Shown one piece after another: positions 31,961-42,399 of a stretch of DNA of 64,000 nucleotides. A program made the translations under genes and the position numbers. The notes under the pieces are model-generated. The model ran no database searches. It worked only from the letters and a program-made list of their open reading frames with translations, and was not told the DNA's origin. The stretch lies in the NCBI GenBank assembly GCA_963795085.1, contig CAWCFX010000001.1, positions 1,184,001 through 1,248,000 on the forward strand. Reading direction: 5' to 3'. How positions within the stretch are numbered: position 1 is the first letter of the stretch; every line of letters starts with the position of its first letter. This DNA is from an uncultured Gemmatimonadales bacterium. Its GTDB lineage: Bacteria > Gemmatimonadota > Gemmatimonadetes > Gemmatimonadales > GWC2-71-9.

Positions 31961-33409
31961 ATGGCTGATACCAAAGCGCTGACCACCCGGGCTGCCGATT
32001 TCAGCGCCTGGTACAACGAAGTCATCATGCGGGCCGAACTGGCCGACTACAGCCCGGTGCGGGGCTGCATGGTCATCCGGCCCAATGGCTACGCCATCTG
32101 GGAGCAGATGACGCGCGCCCTGGACGACATGTTCAAGGAGACCGGCCACCAGAACGCCTATTTCCCGCTCTTCATTCCCCAGAGTTTCCTGGCCCGCGAG
32201 GCGGAACACGTCGAGGGATTTGCCCCGGAGACCGCGGTGGTGACCATCGGCGGCGGCAAGGAGCTGGAGGAGCCGCTGGTGGTGCGGCCCACCTCGGAGA
32301 CCATCATCTATTCGATGTTCGCCAAGTGGATCCAGAGTTACCGTCAGCTGCCGCTGCTCATCAACCAGTGGGCCAACGTCGTGCGCTGGGAGCTGCGGAC
32401 CCGGCTCTTTCTCCGCACGACGGAGTTCCTCTGGCAGGAGGGGCACACCGCCCATGCCACCGAGGCTGAGGCCGAGGCGGAGACAGTACAGATGCTCAAC
32501 GTGTATCGCCGCTTCATGGAAGAGTGGATCGCCATGCCGGTGATAACCGGGCGGAAGACCGACAGCGAACGGTTCGCGGGGGCGCTGCGCACGTATGGAC
32601 TGGAAGCCCTGATGCAGGACAACAAGGCGCTGCAGGCCGGCACCAGCCACAACCTGGGCCAGAACTTTGCCCGGGCCTTCGATGTGCGGTTCCAGACCGA
32701 AGCCGGCGGCCTGGACTACGTGTGGAACACTTCGTGGGGCGTCTCCACCCGGCTCGTCGGCGGGCTGATCATGACCCACAGCGACGATGCCGGGCTGGTC
32801 TGTCCGCCCCGGCTGGCCCAGTACCAGGTGATCATCGTGCCGATCTACAGGAAGGACGAGGAACGGGCCGCGGTGCTGGAGGCCGCCGGCGGGCTCCTCC
32901 GGGAATTGCGGGAAGGAGGCATCCGGTGTCACCTGGATGCGCGGGAGGGCATGACCCCCGGCGCCAAGTACTACGAGTGGGAAGGCCGGGGCGCGCCCTT
33001 CCGGCTGGAACTGGGGCCCCGGGATATCGCGTCGGGCAGCGCCATGCTGGCGCGCCGCACCGGCGGCAAGAAGGAACCGGTTCCCCTGGCCGGGATCGTG
33101 GAGCGGATGCGCGGGGAAGCGGAGACCATGCAGCGGGCCCTGCTGGACGCGGCCCGGGCGCGGCGCGAGGCGGCCAGCATTCGCGGCGCCACCAGGGACC
33201 AGTTCGTGGCCCACCTCGCGGGGCCCGGCGGATTCATTTACGGCGGGTGGTGCGGGAACGCGGCGTGTGAAGCCGACATCAAGGAGCAGACCAGGGCGAC
33301 CATCCGGGTCCTCCCCGACGAGGAGTTCCGGTCTGCCGAGGTGCCGGCCCGGTGCATGTGGTGCGGATCCGCCAGCGTGGCCGAAGCGCTCTGGGCGAGG
33401 GCCTACTGA
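31961..33409 (+). CDS. proS: Proline--tRNA ligase (archaeal/eukaryote-like type)
   Basis: EAEHVEGFAPE, RPTSETII, QWANVVRWE, QAGTSHNLGQNF, terminal ARAY. Confidence 0.97.
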   Translation: MADTKALTTRAADFSAWYNEVIMRAELADYSPVRGCMVIRPNGYAIWEQMTRALDDMFKETGHQNAYFPLFIPQSFLAREAEHVEGFAPETAVVTIGGGKELEEPLVVRPTSETIIYSMFAKWIQSYRQLPLLINQWANVVRWELRTRLFLRTTEFLWQEGHTAHATEAEAEAETVQMLNVYRRFMEEWIAMPVITGRKTDSERFAGALRTYGLEALMQDNKALQAGTSHNLGQNFARAFDVRFQTEAGGLDYVWNTSWGVSTRLVGGLIMTHSDDAGLVCPPRLAQYQVIIVPIYRKDEERAAVLEAAGGLLRELREGGIRCHLDAREGMTPGAKYYEWEGRGAPFRLELGPRDIASGSAMLARRTGGKKEPVPLAGIVERMRGEAETMQRALLDAARARREAASIRGATRDQFVAHLAGPGGFIYGGWCGNAACEADIKEQTRATIRVLPDEEFRSAEVPARCMWCGSASVAEALWARAY

Positions 33410-34734
33410 TGGCGGCCCGCGCGGAGAAAAAGAACGGCGGGACGCCGGTCGATCTCGAGGTCCTGCTGAAGGATGCGGGGCTCGTGAAAAGCTCGGCGGG
33501 CCTGCGCATGGGGAACGTCAAGCTCAGCCGGATCGCCGAGTCGGCGGGCACGCCGGTGTATGTCTATAACGCCGAGGTCATCCGGCAGCAGTATCGGGCG
33601 CTGGACGAGGCCTTCGCCACCATCTCCCACCAGATCGCCTACGCCATCAAGGCCAACAGCAACCTGGCCGTTCTCCGGGTGCTGCGTGACCTGGGCGCCG
33701 GCGCCGACATCGTCTCGGGCGGCGAGCTGCGGCGCGCGCTCCATGTCGGGTTCCCCCCCGAACGGATCGTGTTCAGCGGCGTCGGGAAGACCGGGGCCGA
33801 ACTGGAGGCCGCGGTCAAGGCCGGCGTGGGCCACGTGCACCTCGAATCGGTCGAGGAGATGGCGGAACTGGGCGCGGTGGCCGGGTCGCGGCAGCGGAAA
33901 ATGCAGGTGGGGATCCGGGTCAACCCGGACGTGACCGCGAACACCCATCCGTTCATTGCGACCGGGCAGGGCGGCATCAAGTTCGGGGTGCCCTTCGACC
34001 AGGTGCTGGAGCTGGCGGCGGCGGTGCACAAGCATCCGTGGCTGGAGCTGGATACCATCGCCATGCATCTGGGCAGCCAGCTGCTCGACCCGGCGCCCTA
34101 CCGGGAAGGGGTGGAGAAGCTGCTGGGCCTCGTGGTCCGGATCCGGGCGGCGGGTATTACGACGCTGCGGTCGCTGGATATCGGCGGCGGGCTGGGCATC
34201 CGCTATGAAAACGAAGTGCCGATGGATCCCCAGCTGGTCGCCGCGGCGGTCGAGCCCCTGGTCAAAGGCAGCGGGCTCACCCTGGTCCTGGAACCGGGCC
34301 GGTTCCTGGTCGGCAGCGCCGGCATTCTTCTCACCACGGTGCTCTCTCGCAAGCATGCCGGCGGCAAGGACCTGGTGATCGTGGATGCCGGGATGAACGA
34401 CCTGGTCCGCCCCAGCCATTACGGCGCGTATCACGCCATCACCGAGGTGGTGGAGCGGGGCCGCCCGCCCCTTCGCATGGACGTGGTGGGGCCGGTCTGC
34501 GAGACCGGCGACTTCCTGGCGCTGGACCGGGAGCTGCCGGGCCTGGCGCGGGGCGACCTGCTCGCGGTGCTGGGAGCGGGGGCCTACGGCTTCGTCATGA
34601 GCAGCACCTACAACACCCGGCCCCGTCCCGCCGAAGTGCTGGTGGAGGGCAACCGCTGGGGCGTGGTGCGGCCCCGGATCAGCGAGGACGAGATCTTCGA
34701 GAAGGAAACCGCCGAACCCAAATGGGAGGGGTAG
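33409..34734 (+). CDS. lysA: Diaminopimelate decarboxylase
   Basis: [30 protein letters not shown]. Confidence 0.96.
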   Translation: MAARAEKKNGGTPVDLEVLLKDAGLVKSSAGLRMGNVKLSRIAESAGTPVYVYNAEVIRQQYRALDEAFATISHQIAYAIKANSNLAVLRVLRDLGAGADIVSGGELRRALHVGFPPERIVFSGVGKTGAELEAAVKAGVGHVHLESVEEMAELGAVAGSRQRKMQVGIRVNPDVTANTHPFIATGQGGIKFGVPFDQVLELAAAVHKHPWLELDTIAMHLGSQLLDPAPYREGVEKLLGLVVRIRAAGITTLRSLDIGGGLGIRYENEVPMDPQLVAAAVEPLVKGSGLTLVLEPGRFLVGSAGILLTTVLSRKHAGGKDLVIVDAGMNDLVRPSHYGAYHAITEVVERGRPPLRMDVVGPVCETGDFLALDRELPGLARGDLLAVLGAGAYGFVMSSTYNTRPRPAEVLVEGNRWGVVRPRISEDEIFEKETAEPKWEG

Positions 34735-34736
34735 CC

Positions 34737-36290
34737 TTGGCAGCGTCGCAGAACGGCATCCTGATCATCGACTTCGGCTCCCAGTTCACCCAGCTCATCG
34801 CCCGCCGGGTCCGCGAGGCCCACGTGTACTGCGAGATTCACCCGCCCACCCGTACGCTGGACTGGATCCGGGAGTGGAACCCCCGGGGGATCATTCTGTC
34901 GGGCGGCCCCAACTCGGTCTATGGCGAGAACGTGCCCACCGCCGATCCCGGCCTCCTCGAGCTGGCGACACCGGTCCTGGGCCTCTGTTACGGGATGCAG
35001 GTCATGGCCCAGCTGGCCGGGGGGCGGGTGGTGCGGGCCGACCGGCGGGAGTATGGCCGCGCGTTGCTGGAAGTGAAGGGGGGCCGGCTCTTCCAGGGTT
35101 TCGAGCCGGGGGAGGAAACCCCGGTGTGGATGAGCCACGGCGACCACGTGGACCAGGCGCCGCCGGGATACACGGTCACCGCGTCCAGCGCCAACAGTCC
35201 GGTCGCGGCGCTCGAGCACCAGTCCCGCCCGCTCCATGCCCTCCAGTTCCACCCCGAGGTGGCCCACACCCCGCGGGGCGGCGAGATCATCCAGAACTTC
35301 CTGTTCTCCGTGTGCGGCTGTACCCCGGACTGGACACCCGGGCACTTCATCGAGGCGGAGATCGCGAGGATCCGGGGGCTGGTGGGAGACCGCCGGGTGA
35401 TCTGCGGCCTCTCCGGGGGGGTGGATTCTTCGGTCGCGGCGGCACTGGTGCATCGGGCCATCGGGGACCAGCTCACCTGTATCTTCGTGGACCATGGCCT
35501 CCTGCGACTCCACGAGCGGAGCCAGGTGGAGACAACCTTCCGCCGGCACCTGGGCATCGACCTGCGCACCGCCGATGCCGCCGACCGCTTCCTGGACCGG
35601 CTCGCCGGCGTCACCGACCCGGAAGAGAAGCGCCGCCGGATTGGCCACACCTTCATCGACGTGTTCGAAGCGGAAGCGCGCCAAGTGGGCGATGACGTTG
35701 GCTTCCTGGTCCAGGGCACGCTTTACCCCGACGTGATCGAGTCCATCAGCCCGCTGGGCGGCCCCTCGGTGACCATCAAGACCCACCACAACGTCGGGGG
35801 ACTCCCCGAGCGGCTGCCGTTCACGCTGATTGAGCCGCTGCGGGAACTGTTCAAGGACGAGGTTCGCCAGGTAGGCCGGGAACTGGGCCTGCCGGAGGAG
35901 ATGGTCGGCCGGCATCCCTTCCCGGGCCCCGGCCTGGCAATTCGGATCCTGGGCGAGGTGAGCCGGCCCAACCTGGAGATCCTCCGCAAGGCGGACAACA
36001 TCTACATCGAGGAGATCCGGGCGGCCAATCTCTACGACGAGATCTGGCAGGCCTTCGCGGTGCTGCTGCCGGTCCGGTCGGTCGGGGTCGTGGGGGACGA
36101 CCGCAGCTACGACCAGGTGGTGGCGCTGCGCGCCGTCACCAGCCGCGATGGCATGACGGCCGACTGGTACCCGTTCCCGCCCGAGGTGCTGGCCCACATT
36201 TCCAACCGGATCGCCAACGAGGTGGACGGGGTCAACCGGGTGGTGTACGACATCAGTTCCAAGCCACCGGCCACGATCGAGTGGGAGTGA
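34737..36290 (+). CDS. guaA: GMP synthase (glutamine-hydrolysing)
   Basis: [40 protein letters not shown] start after GGAGG. Confidence 0.97.
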   Translation: MAASQNGILIIDFGSQFTQLIARRVREAHVYCEIHPPTRTLDWIREWNPRGIILSGGPNSVYGENVPTADPGLLELATPVLGLCYGMQVMAQLAGGRVVRADRREYGRALLEVKGGRLFQGFEPGEETPVWMSHGDHVDQAPPGYTVTASSANSPVAALEHQSRPLHALQFHPEVAHTPRGGEIIQNFLFSVCGCTPDWTPGHFIEAEIARIRGLVGDRRVICGLSGGVDSSVAAALVHRAIGDQLTCIFVDHGLLRLHERSQVETTFRRHLGIDLRTADAADRFLDRLAGVTDPEEKRRRIGHTFIDVFEAEARQVGDDVGFLVQGTLYPDVIESISPLGGPSVTIKTHHNVGGLPERLPFTLIEPLRELFKDEVRQVGRELGLPEEMVGRHPFPGPGLAIRILGEVSRPNLEILRKADNIYIEEIRAANLYDEIWQAFAVLLPVRSVGVVGDDRSYDQVVALRAVTSRDGMTADWYPFPPEVLAHISNRIANEVDGVNRVVYDISSKPPATIEWE

Positions 36291-36293
36291 GAG

Positions 36294-36357
36294 AGAGTGC
36301 AGAGTACAGAGTACAGAGTACAGAGTGCAGAGTACAGAGTAGCAGAGTGCAGAGTAA
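36294..36357. repeat. 7-mer tandem repeat (AGAGTRC) x about 9
   Basis: Starts immediately after guaA stop. Confidence 0.92.
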
Positions 36358-36482
36358 AGATTTAAAAGTCTCAGTCGGCGGTCTGCTATTGCCAAACTGA
36401 AGTCTGGAAATCCCCAACCTGTTGGCCGGCAATCACTGTCCGGCTCTCTGCTATTTCCGCCTGCCGTTGTACATTAATCCCC

Positions 36483-37808
36483 ATGCGTATCTCCACCTCG
36501 GCATCCGCCATGGATTCGGCTTCGCTCGCCGATGCCTGGCCGATTCTCACGCCGGAAGAACGAATGGAGGGATTCAACCTGCTGGGACGGGTTGATGCCG
36601 AGGCATTCTTCCTGAGCCTGGGTGCGCGCGAGCAGGTGCAGATCCTGGAGCAACTGCATCCCGCGGAGCGGCGCAGCTGGATGCGGCTCCTGGCCCCTGA
36701 CGACGCCGCCGACGTGCTCCAGGAAGCGCCCGACGACCTCCGCATCGCGCTGTTTACCCTCCTCGATTCCCCTGCCCGGCTGGAAGTCAGCGCCCTGATG
36801 GCGTACGAGGAAGACGACGCCGGCGGCCTGATGAACCCCCGCTACCTCCGGGTGCGGCCGGACATGACCGTGGACGAAGCGCTCCTCTACATCCGGAAAC
36901 AGGCGGTGCAGGGGATCCAGTTGGTGAACTACGCCTACGCGCTGGACGCCCAGTCCCGGTTGCTCGGCGTGGTCTCCTCCCGCGAGCTCTTCGTTTCCCC
37001 GGCGGACAAGCTGGTCCGGGACATCATGAAGGCGGACCTCCTCACGGTGTCTGAAGACACCGACCAGGAGGCCGTCGCCAACCTGCTGGCGGAGCACGAC
37101 CTGATCTCGATTCCCGTGGTGGACGTGGAAGGGCGGATGAAGGGCATCATCACGGTGGACGACATCGTGGACGTGCTGGAAGAGGAGGCGACCGAGGACA
37201 TCCAGAAGATGGGCGGCACCGAGGCGCTGGACGCGCCGTACCTCGAGGTCGGATTCTTCACGATGATCCGGAAGCGGGGAGGCTGGCTGGCGATTCTTTT
37301 CGTGGGGGAGATGCTCACCGCCAGCGCCATGGCCTACTTCGAACACGAAATCGCCAAAGCCCTGGTCCTCATGCTGTTCGTCCCCCTCATCATCAGCAGC
37401 GGCGGCAACTCGGGCTCCCAGGCGACTACCCTGGTCATCCGGGCCATGGCCCTGGGCGAGGTGCGGCTCCGTGACTGGTGGCGGGTGGTGCGGCGCGAGG
37501 TGCCCGCCGGCCTGGTCCTGGGGACGCTGCTGGGAGCGATCGGCATCCTGCGGATCGTGCTGGTCGAACAGGTCTCGGGGGCCTACGGGGAGCATTACCT
37601 GCTGGTCGCGCTGACGGTGGGCATCGCCCTGGTGGGCGTGGTGATGTTCGGAACCCTGGCGGGCTCGATGCTGCCCTTTCTCTTCAAGCGGCTCGGCTGG
37701 GACCCGGCCAGCGCTTCCGCCCCCTTCGTCGCGACGCTGGTGGACGTGACCGGCCTGGTCATCTACTTCTCGCTGGCGGCGGTGCTGCTCAAGGGAACGC
37801 TGTTGTGA
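36483..37808 (+). CDS. mgtE: Magnesium transporter MgtE
   Basis: CBS pair, GIITVDDIVD, GGNSGSQ, DPASASAPFVATLVDVTG. Confidence 0.96.
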   Translation: MRISTSASAMDSASLADAWPILTPEERMEGFNLLGRVDAEAFFLSLGAREQVQILEQLHPAERRSWMRLLAPDDAADVLQEAPDDLRIALFTLLDSPARLEVSALMAYEEDDAGGLMNPRYLRVRPDMTVDEALLYIRKQAVQGIQLVNYAYALDAQSRLLGVVSSRELFVSPADKLVRDIMKADLLTVSEDTDQEAVANLLAEHDLISIPVVDVEGRMKGIITVDDIVDVLEEEATEDIQKMGGTEALDAPYLEVGFFTMIRKRGGWLAILFVGEMLTASAMAYFEHEIAKALVLMLFVPLIISSGGNSGSQATTLVIRAMALGEVRLRDWWRVVRREVPAGLVLGTLLGAIGILRIVLVEQVSGAYGEHYLLVALTVGIALVGVVMFGTLAGSMLPFLFKRLGWDPASASAPFVATLVDVTGLVIYFSLAAVLLKGTLL

Positions 37809-37927
37809 TTGAAGGAATTGAGGGAATGGTGGAATTGAAGCAGGTCAAGTTCCCTCAATTCCCTCAATTCCCTCAATTCCCCCATTCCCTCAATTCCCTC
37901 AATTCCCTCAATTCCCTCAATTCCCTA
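37808..37927. repeat. Second copy of the AATTCCCTC 9-mer element (about 9 units) with inverted arm
   Basis: 24 nt GGAATTGAGGGAATGGTGGAATTG identical to 1203-1226. Confidence 0.95.
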
Positions 37928-38377
37928 CACTCCTTTCTCATCCAGCAGCGCCAGGAACTCCTCCGGGCTGCTGATCGCCATCAGCCGATCGGGCACATCG
38001 GGTTCCTTGACGAACTGGGCGATCTTGCCCAGCACCGGCAGGTACTGGTTGGAGACTTCCAGGGGCGGCGCCACGATCAGAATGAGGAAGTGAACGGGCC
38101 GATCGTCGATGCCCTGGTACTCCACGCCGGCACGGGTCCGGCCAAAAACCAGGCTGAGAGTATCCACGACCGGCGACCGGCAATGGGGAATCGCCACGCC
38201 GCGTCCGACCCCGGTCGATCCGAGGTTTTCCCTTCGCTTGGCGACTTTGAACAGGGCGGCATTAGCGTCATCGTCCAGGCCCAGGAGCCCGATCATTTCG
38301 GCGAGAATGTCGTCCTTGGTGGTTCCTTGCAGGGAAAGCTGGATGGAACCATCAGCGAAGAGCTCGCGGAGCCGCAT
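37925..38377 (-). CDS. PTS IIA-like (fructose/Ntr type) protein
   Basis: RRENLGSTGVGRGVAIPH phospho-His motif. Confidence 0.92.
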   Translation of the reverse strand: MRLRELFADGSIQLSLQGTTKDDILAEMIGLLGLDDDANAALFKVAKRRENLGSTGVGRGVAIPHCRSPVVDTLSLVFGRTRAGVEYQGIDDRPVHFLILIVAPPLEVSNQYLPVLGKIAQFVKEPDVPDRLMAISSPEEFLALLDEKGV

Positions 38378-39524
38378 CGGCAGTATCCTGGTGGAGCGCG
38401 GAAGGGGTCGCTGGGATGGGGGCGGAACCTAAACCTCCGGTGGAATCCGTGTCAATTTGCCGGGCGGCATCGGCCTGGCGGCAGCGCTGGTGCTGGCGCA
38501 CCAGGACCAGGCCGGCGAGGATCAGCCCGGCGGCCATAAACGCCACGTTCCTCGCGGCGAGCACCATCACTTCCCGCAGCAAATAGAATACCACCTGCAG
38601 CCACTGGCCGGTGCTTTCCGACATCTGGTAGCCGGGATCTACCTTCGCAATGGTTGTGAAGAGATCGATGTGCTGCCAGTAGTAGAATAGAGGCAGGTTG
38701 ATCAGCAGGAGGAAGGCGCCGGTAATCAGGAGCGGCGCCCCCAGCCGCGCGTAGAGCGCGGCGCGGTTGTTCCTGCTCAACAGGGCGATGCCGAGCAACA
38801 GACCTGGAAAGATCAGCGCGAGGCGCGCCCCGTCCTGGCCGAAGGCGAGGCTCTGGCGCACGAACCGGTGCGCCCTGGGGCCGAACGCGGGGCGGACCTG
38901 AACGGAATCCGGGGAATTGGCCTGGGCCGCGGTGAGCCGCGCCTGGACGGCCTGGAGGACCCCCTCCTGAACCATGCGGGGCGGGCGGCAGTGGGGCAGC
39001 TTCCGGAGTTGCTGCTCGGGCGTCGGCGCGCGGGCGCCGAACATTTTTCCCACGCTGCGCCAGGCGATCCCCAGGAACTGTCCCATCGAACACTCGGGCC
39101 GGCTGACCATCTTGCGCCGGAAGATGCGGAGCAGATTCTTCTGGAAGAGCGGAAACTCCTGTTCGGTCGAAATGGCGAAGGTAAAGACGCCGGGGGGGCC
39201 ATTCCGCCCGTTGGCGACGATCGACCGGTGAACTTCAAGGGACTTCCGTTTCAGGGCATCGGGCGTGAAACTGGTCTGGAGGAGAAAGTTGAGATCGCCC
39301 CGGTCCAGCTCCAGCACCGTGCCATCCAGGCTTCGAATGCCGCGTTCTTTTTCCAGCTCCACGATGATGCCCGGTACCGCCAGGGCGTAGAGCATCTCGG
39401 GGTCGAGCACCTGGTCGACCACCTCGGTCTGCTGCAGCAGGTACAGATAGTAAACGAAGGGGAACCCGGCCACGCCCACCAGGACAAACGCGACAGCGAG
39501 GAGCAGTGCCAGGTGGCGCTTCAT
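38352..39524 (-). CDS. Hypothetical membrane protein
   Basis: ATG at 39524 (MKRHLALLL); one N-terminal TM, soluble domain with two Cys, three C-terminal TMs; the upstream part of the 735 aa ORF is a dusB shadow. Confidence 0.7.
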   Translation of the reverse strand: MKRHLALLLAVAFVLVGVAGFPFVYYLYLLQQTEVVDQVLDPEMLYALAVPGIIVELEKERGIRSLDGTVLELDRGDLNFLLQTSFTPDALKRKSLEVHRSIVANGRNGPPGVFTFAISTEQEFPLFQKNLLRIFRRKMVSRPECSMGQFLGIAWRSVGKMFGARAPTPEQQLRKLPHCRPPRMVQEGVLQAVQARLTAAQANSPDSVQVRPAFGPRAHRFVRQSLAFGQDGARLALIFPGLLLGIALLSRNNRAALYARLGAPLLITGAFLLLINLPLFYYWQHIDLFTTIAKVDPGYQMSESTGQWLQVVFYLLREVMVLAARNVAFMAAGLILAGLVLVRQHQRCRQADAARQIDTDSTGGLGSAPIPATPSALHQDTADAAPRALR

Positions 39525-39704
39525 GTGAGGCCCGGGGGTCAAAAGCTGGTCGGTTGGCCGGCCGGCCGGGACCATTCCCAAGGCTCGCCGTCCGTCGTCC
39601 CAACCGTCTGTCCTCAAAAGTAGGTGTGGGGGTGCGGGGGTGAGGTGACGGCGCTTACGCGCCGCTCCATTGCCGCCTCCGGGATTCCCAAGTATTTTCC
39701 CGGC

Positions 39705-40688
39705 ATGCACTTGCCCTATTGGACCGGCGCCGAATGCCCACTGATCCTGGCCCCCATGGCCGGGGTCTCGGAGGCGCCGTTCCGGCAGATCTGCCGTCGG
39801 CTGGGTGCCGATGTGCTGATGACCGAGTTCCTGAGCGCCGAGGCCATCCGGCGGGGCATCCGGCGCACCCTCGAGGGCGCCGAGTTCGAGCCGGTGGAGC
39901 GGCCGATCGGGGTCCAGATCTACGGCGCCGACCCCGATGCCATGGAACGGGCCGCTGCCATCGTGACCGAGGCCTACCAGCCAGAGTTTGTGGACATCAA
40001 TTTCGGCTGCCCTGTCAAGAAGGTCGTCCAGCGCAATGGAGGGTCGGGCTGTCTCCGCGACCTCGACCTGGTCGAGACGATCATCCGCCGGTGCGCCGCC
40101 GCGACACCGCTTCCCATCACCGTGAAGACCCGGAGCGGCTGGAGTGAAACCACCCGGGATCCGGTGGGTATCGCGCTGCGGATGCAGGACGCCGGCGCGC
40201 GGGCGTTCACCCTGCACGCCCGCACCCGCACCCAGATGTTCAGCGGGAAGGCCGACTGGGACGAGATCGCCCGGGTGGTGGAGGCGCTCTCGATTCCGGT
40301 CATCGGCAACGGCGACATCCACACCGGTGACGACGTGGTCCGGATGCAGCGGCATACCCGGTGTGCGGCGGTGATGATCGGGCGGGGCGCCTTCGGCAAC
40401 CCGTGGATTTTCCGCGATGCCCGCGCCCGGCTTGCCGGCCAGGCACCTCCGCCGGCACCGGATGCCGCCGAGCGGTTTTCCGTGGCGTTGGAGCACGCCC
40501 GGCTGGCGCTCCGCCTCCAGGGCGACACCCGCAAGACCGTCATGGAGTTTCGAAAGCATCTCGGCTGGTACACTCGGGGGCTTCCTGGGTCATCGGCACT
40601 CCGGGAACGGCTGTTCCAGGTGGAGTCGATGGCGGAGGCCGAGTCGATTTTCCTGGACTACCTCGAGCCGGTCGCGCAGGTGGCGTGA
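39705..40688 (+). CDS. dusB: tRNA dihydrouridine synthase B
   Basis: LAPMAG, DINFGCP, HARTR, GNGDI, MIGRGAFGNPW. Confidence 0.94.
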   Translation: MHLPYWTGAECPLILAPMAGVSEAPFRQICRRLGADVLMTEFLSAEAIRRGIRRTLEGAEFEPVERPIGVQIYGADPDAMERAAAIVTEAYQPEFVDINFGCPVKKVVQRNGGSGCLRDLDLVETIIRRCAAATPLPITVKTRSGWSETTRDPVGIALRMQDAGARAFTLHARTRTQMFSGKADWDEIARVVEALSIPVIGNGDIHTGDDVVRMQRHTRCAAVMIGRGAFGNPWIFRDARARLAGQAPPPAPDAAERFSVALEHARLALRLQGDTRKTVMEFRKHLGWYTRGLPGSSALRERLFQVESMAEAESIFLDYLEPVAQVA

Positions 40689-41479
40689 ACCGGACCCAGC
40701 TGGAATCCCTGCTCGCGGAGGTCGCCGCCGGCCGCCTCGATCCCGCGGCCGCGCTTGCCCGCCTCTCGCGCTTCCCCACCGAGGACCTCTCCTTCGCGCG
40801 GCTGGACCACCACCGGGCCCTGCGGCAGGGGTTGCCGGAGGTCGTCTTCTGCGCCGGCAAGACGATCGACCAGGTGGTGGCGATCTGCGAGGGGCTGGCC
40901 CGGCAGGGCGGAGGCTTCCTGGGCACCCGGGCGACGCCCGAGCAGGCGGCCGCGCTGGCGGCCCGATTTCCCGGCTGCCGGCACAACGCGCTGGCCCGGA
41001 CGGTGGTCTCACCCGCAGAGCGGGAACCGGTCGTTTCGGCCGGCCCGCTGCTGGTGGTGTCGGCGGGGACCAGCGATCTCCCGGTGTCGGAGGAGGCGGT
41101 GGAAGTGGCCCTCGCCGCGGGCCTCCGGGTCGAGCGGCTCACCGATGTCGGCGTGGCCGGCCTGCACCGGCTGCTCGGCGCCGGCGACACGCTTTACCGG
41201 GCCCGCGTGATCATCGTGGTCGCCGGCATGGAGGGCGCGCTGCCCAGCGTGGTGGGCGGCCTGGTGCCGGTGCCGGTCATCGCAGTGCCGACCAGCGTGG
41301 GGTACGGCGCGTCGTTCGGGGGCCTGGCGGCGTTGCTGGGGATGCTCAATTCCTGCGCGGCCGGAGTGACCGTGATGAACATCGACAACGGGTTCGGCGC
41401 GGCAGTCGCCGCGTTCCGGATCCTCGCGGCGGACGGGGGCCCGATCTCCCCCAAGAGCCGGGCTAGCGGCGTCGCATGA
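40685..41479 (+). CDS. larB: Nickel-pincer cofactor biosynthesis carboxylase LarB-like protein
   Basis: ARLDHHRALRQGLPEVVF, AGTSD, DVGVAGLHRL, AGMEGAL, PTSVGYG, NIDNGFGA. Confidence 0.92.
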   Translation: MNRTQLESLLAEVAAGRLDPAAALARLSRFPTEDLSFARLDHHRALRQGLPEVVFCAGKTIDQVVAICEGLARQGGGFLGTRATPEQAAALAARFPGCRHNALARTVVSPAEREPVVSAGPLLVVSAGTSDLPVSEEAVEVALAAGLRVERLTDVGVAGLHRLLGAGDTLYRARVIIVVAGMEGALPSVVGGLVPVPVIAVPTSVGYGASFGGLAALLGMLNSCAAGVTVMNIDNGFGAAVAAFRILAADGGPISPKSRASGVA

Positions 41480-42399
41480 TCACCACCGTGCTCACTTCCC
41501 GGTCGGGGTTCACCTGGCTCGACGTGGTCCACCCCTCGGAAGAGGAGCTGGACCAGCTGGCCTCGACCTACGGGCTCCACGCCACCGCCGTCAAGGATTG
41601 TCTCGACCCCGAGCACCTGCCCAAGTACGAGCGCTACGAAGAGCTGACGTTCATCATCATGCGGGCTTTCGACGAGGAGAGCGTCCCGTCCGCGGAGACC
41701 ATCCAGCAGATCACCCGGAAAGTCGCGGTGTTCTATACCGAGAAGTACATCATCACGATTCACCGCCGGGACCAGGCGTTCTTCGCGCGGCTCCGGGAGG
41801 AGCACCTCCAGCGGGCCCGGAAGCGCGAGGTCCGGCTGTCCTATGTCCTGACCGACCTGGTCAACGCCGTGGTGACGACCTACGAGAAACCCCTGGACGA
41901 GGCGGAGCACGCCATCGAGGAGTTCGAAGATTCCCTGTTCGATTCCAGCCGGGCCAGCCCCCCGCTGCAACGGATTCACATTCTGAAGCGCCGGGTCAAC
42001 CTCATGAAGCGGCTCCTGTGGCAGACGCTGGGGGTGATTCACAAGATGAAACCGCCCTTCGAGCGCAACGCCCCGCTGTTTCAGGACGCCGGAGAAAACG
42101 CCGAAAGCTATCATTTCTATGCCGACGAGCTGCTGGAGGAAGTCAACAACCTGCTCAGCATCCACCTCTCCATGGCATCCCACCGGACCAACGAGGTCAT
42201 GCGGGTCCTGACCGTGTTCTCGGCCTTCTTCCTGCCGCTCACGTTTATCGTGGGCATCTACGGGATGAACTTCGACATGATGCCGGAACTGCGTTCGGCC
42301 TACGGGTATCCCGCCGTGCTGCTCCTGATGCTGGGGGTCAGCACCGCCATCTTCGTCTGGTTCCGCCGGCGCGGCTGGCTCCGGCGGCCGCCTTCATGA
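41476..42399 (+). CDS. corA: CorA-family divalent cation transporter
   Basis: NEVMRVLT, PLTFIVGIYGMNF..MPEL. Confidence 0.92.
   Translation: MITTVLTSRSGFTWLDVVHPSEEELDQLASTYGLHATAVKDCLDPEHLPKYERYEELTFIIMRAFDEESVPSAETIQQITRKVAVFYTEKYIITIHRRDQAFFARLREEHLQRARKREVRLSYVLTDLVNAVVTTYEKPLDEAEHAIEEFEDSLFDSSRASPPLQRIHILKRRVNLMKRLLWQTLGVIHKMKPPFERNAPLFQDAGENAESYHFYADELLEEVNNLLSIHLSMASHRTNEVMRVLTVFSAFFLPLTFIVGIYGMNFDMMPELRSAYGYPAVLLLMLGVSTAIFVWFRRRGWLRRPPS

Noticed and set aside
31961..33409. Horizontal acquisition of archaeal/eukaryote-type ProRS
   Set aside because: This type is native to several bacterial phyla, and the gene sits in a core operon with typical codon usage
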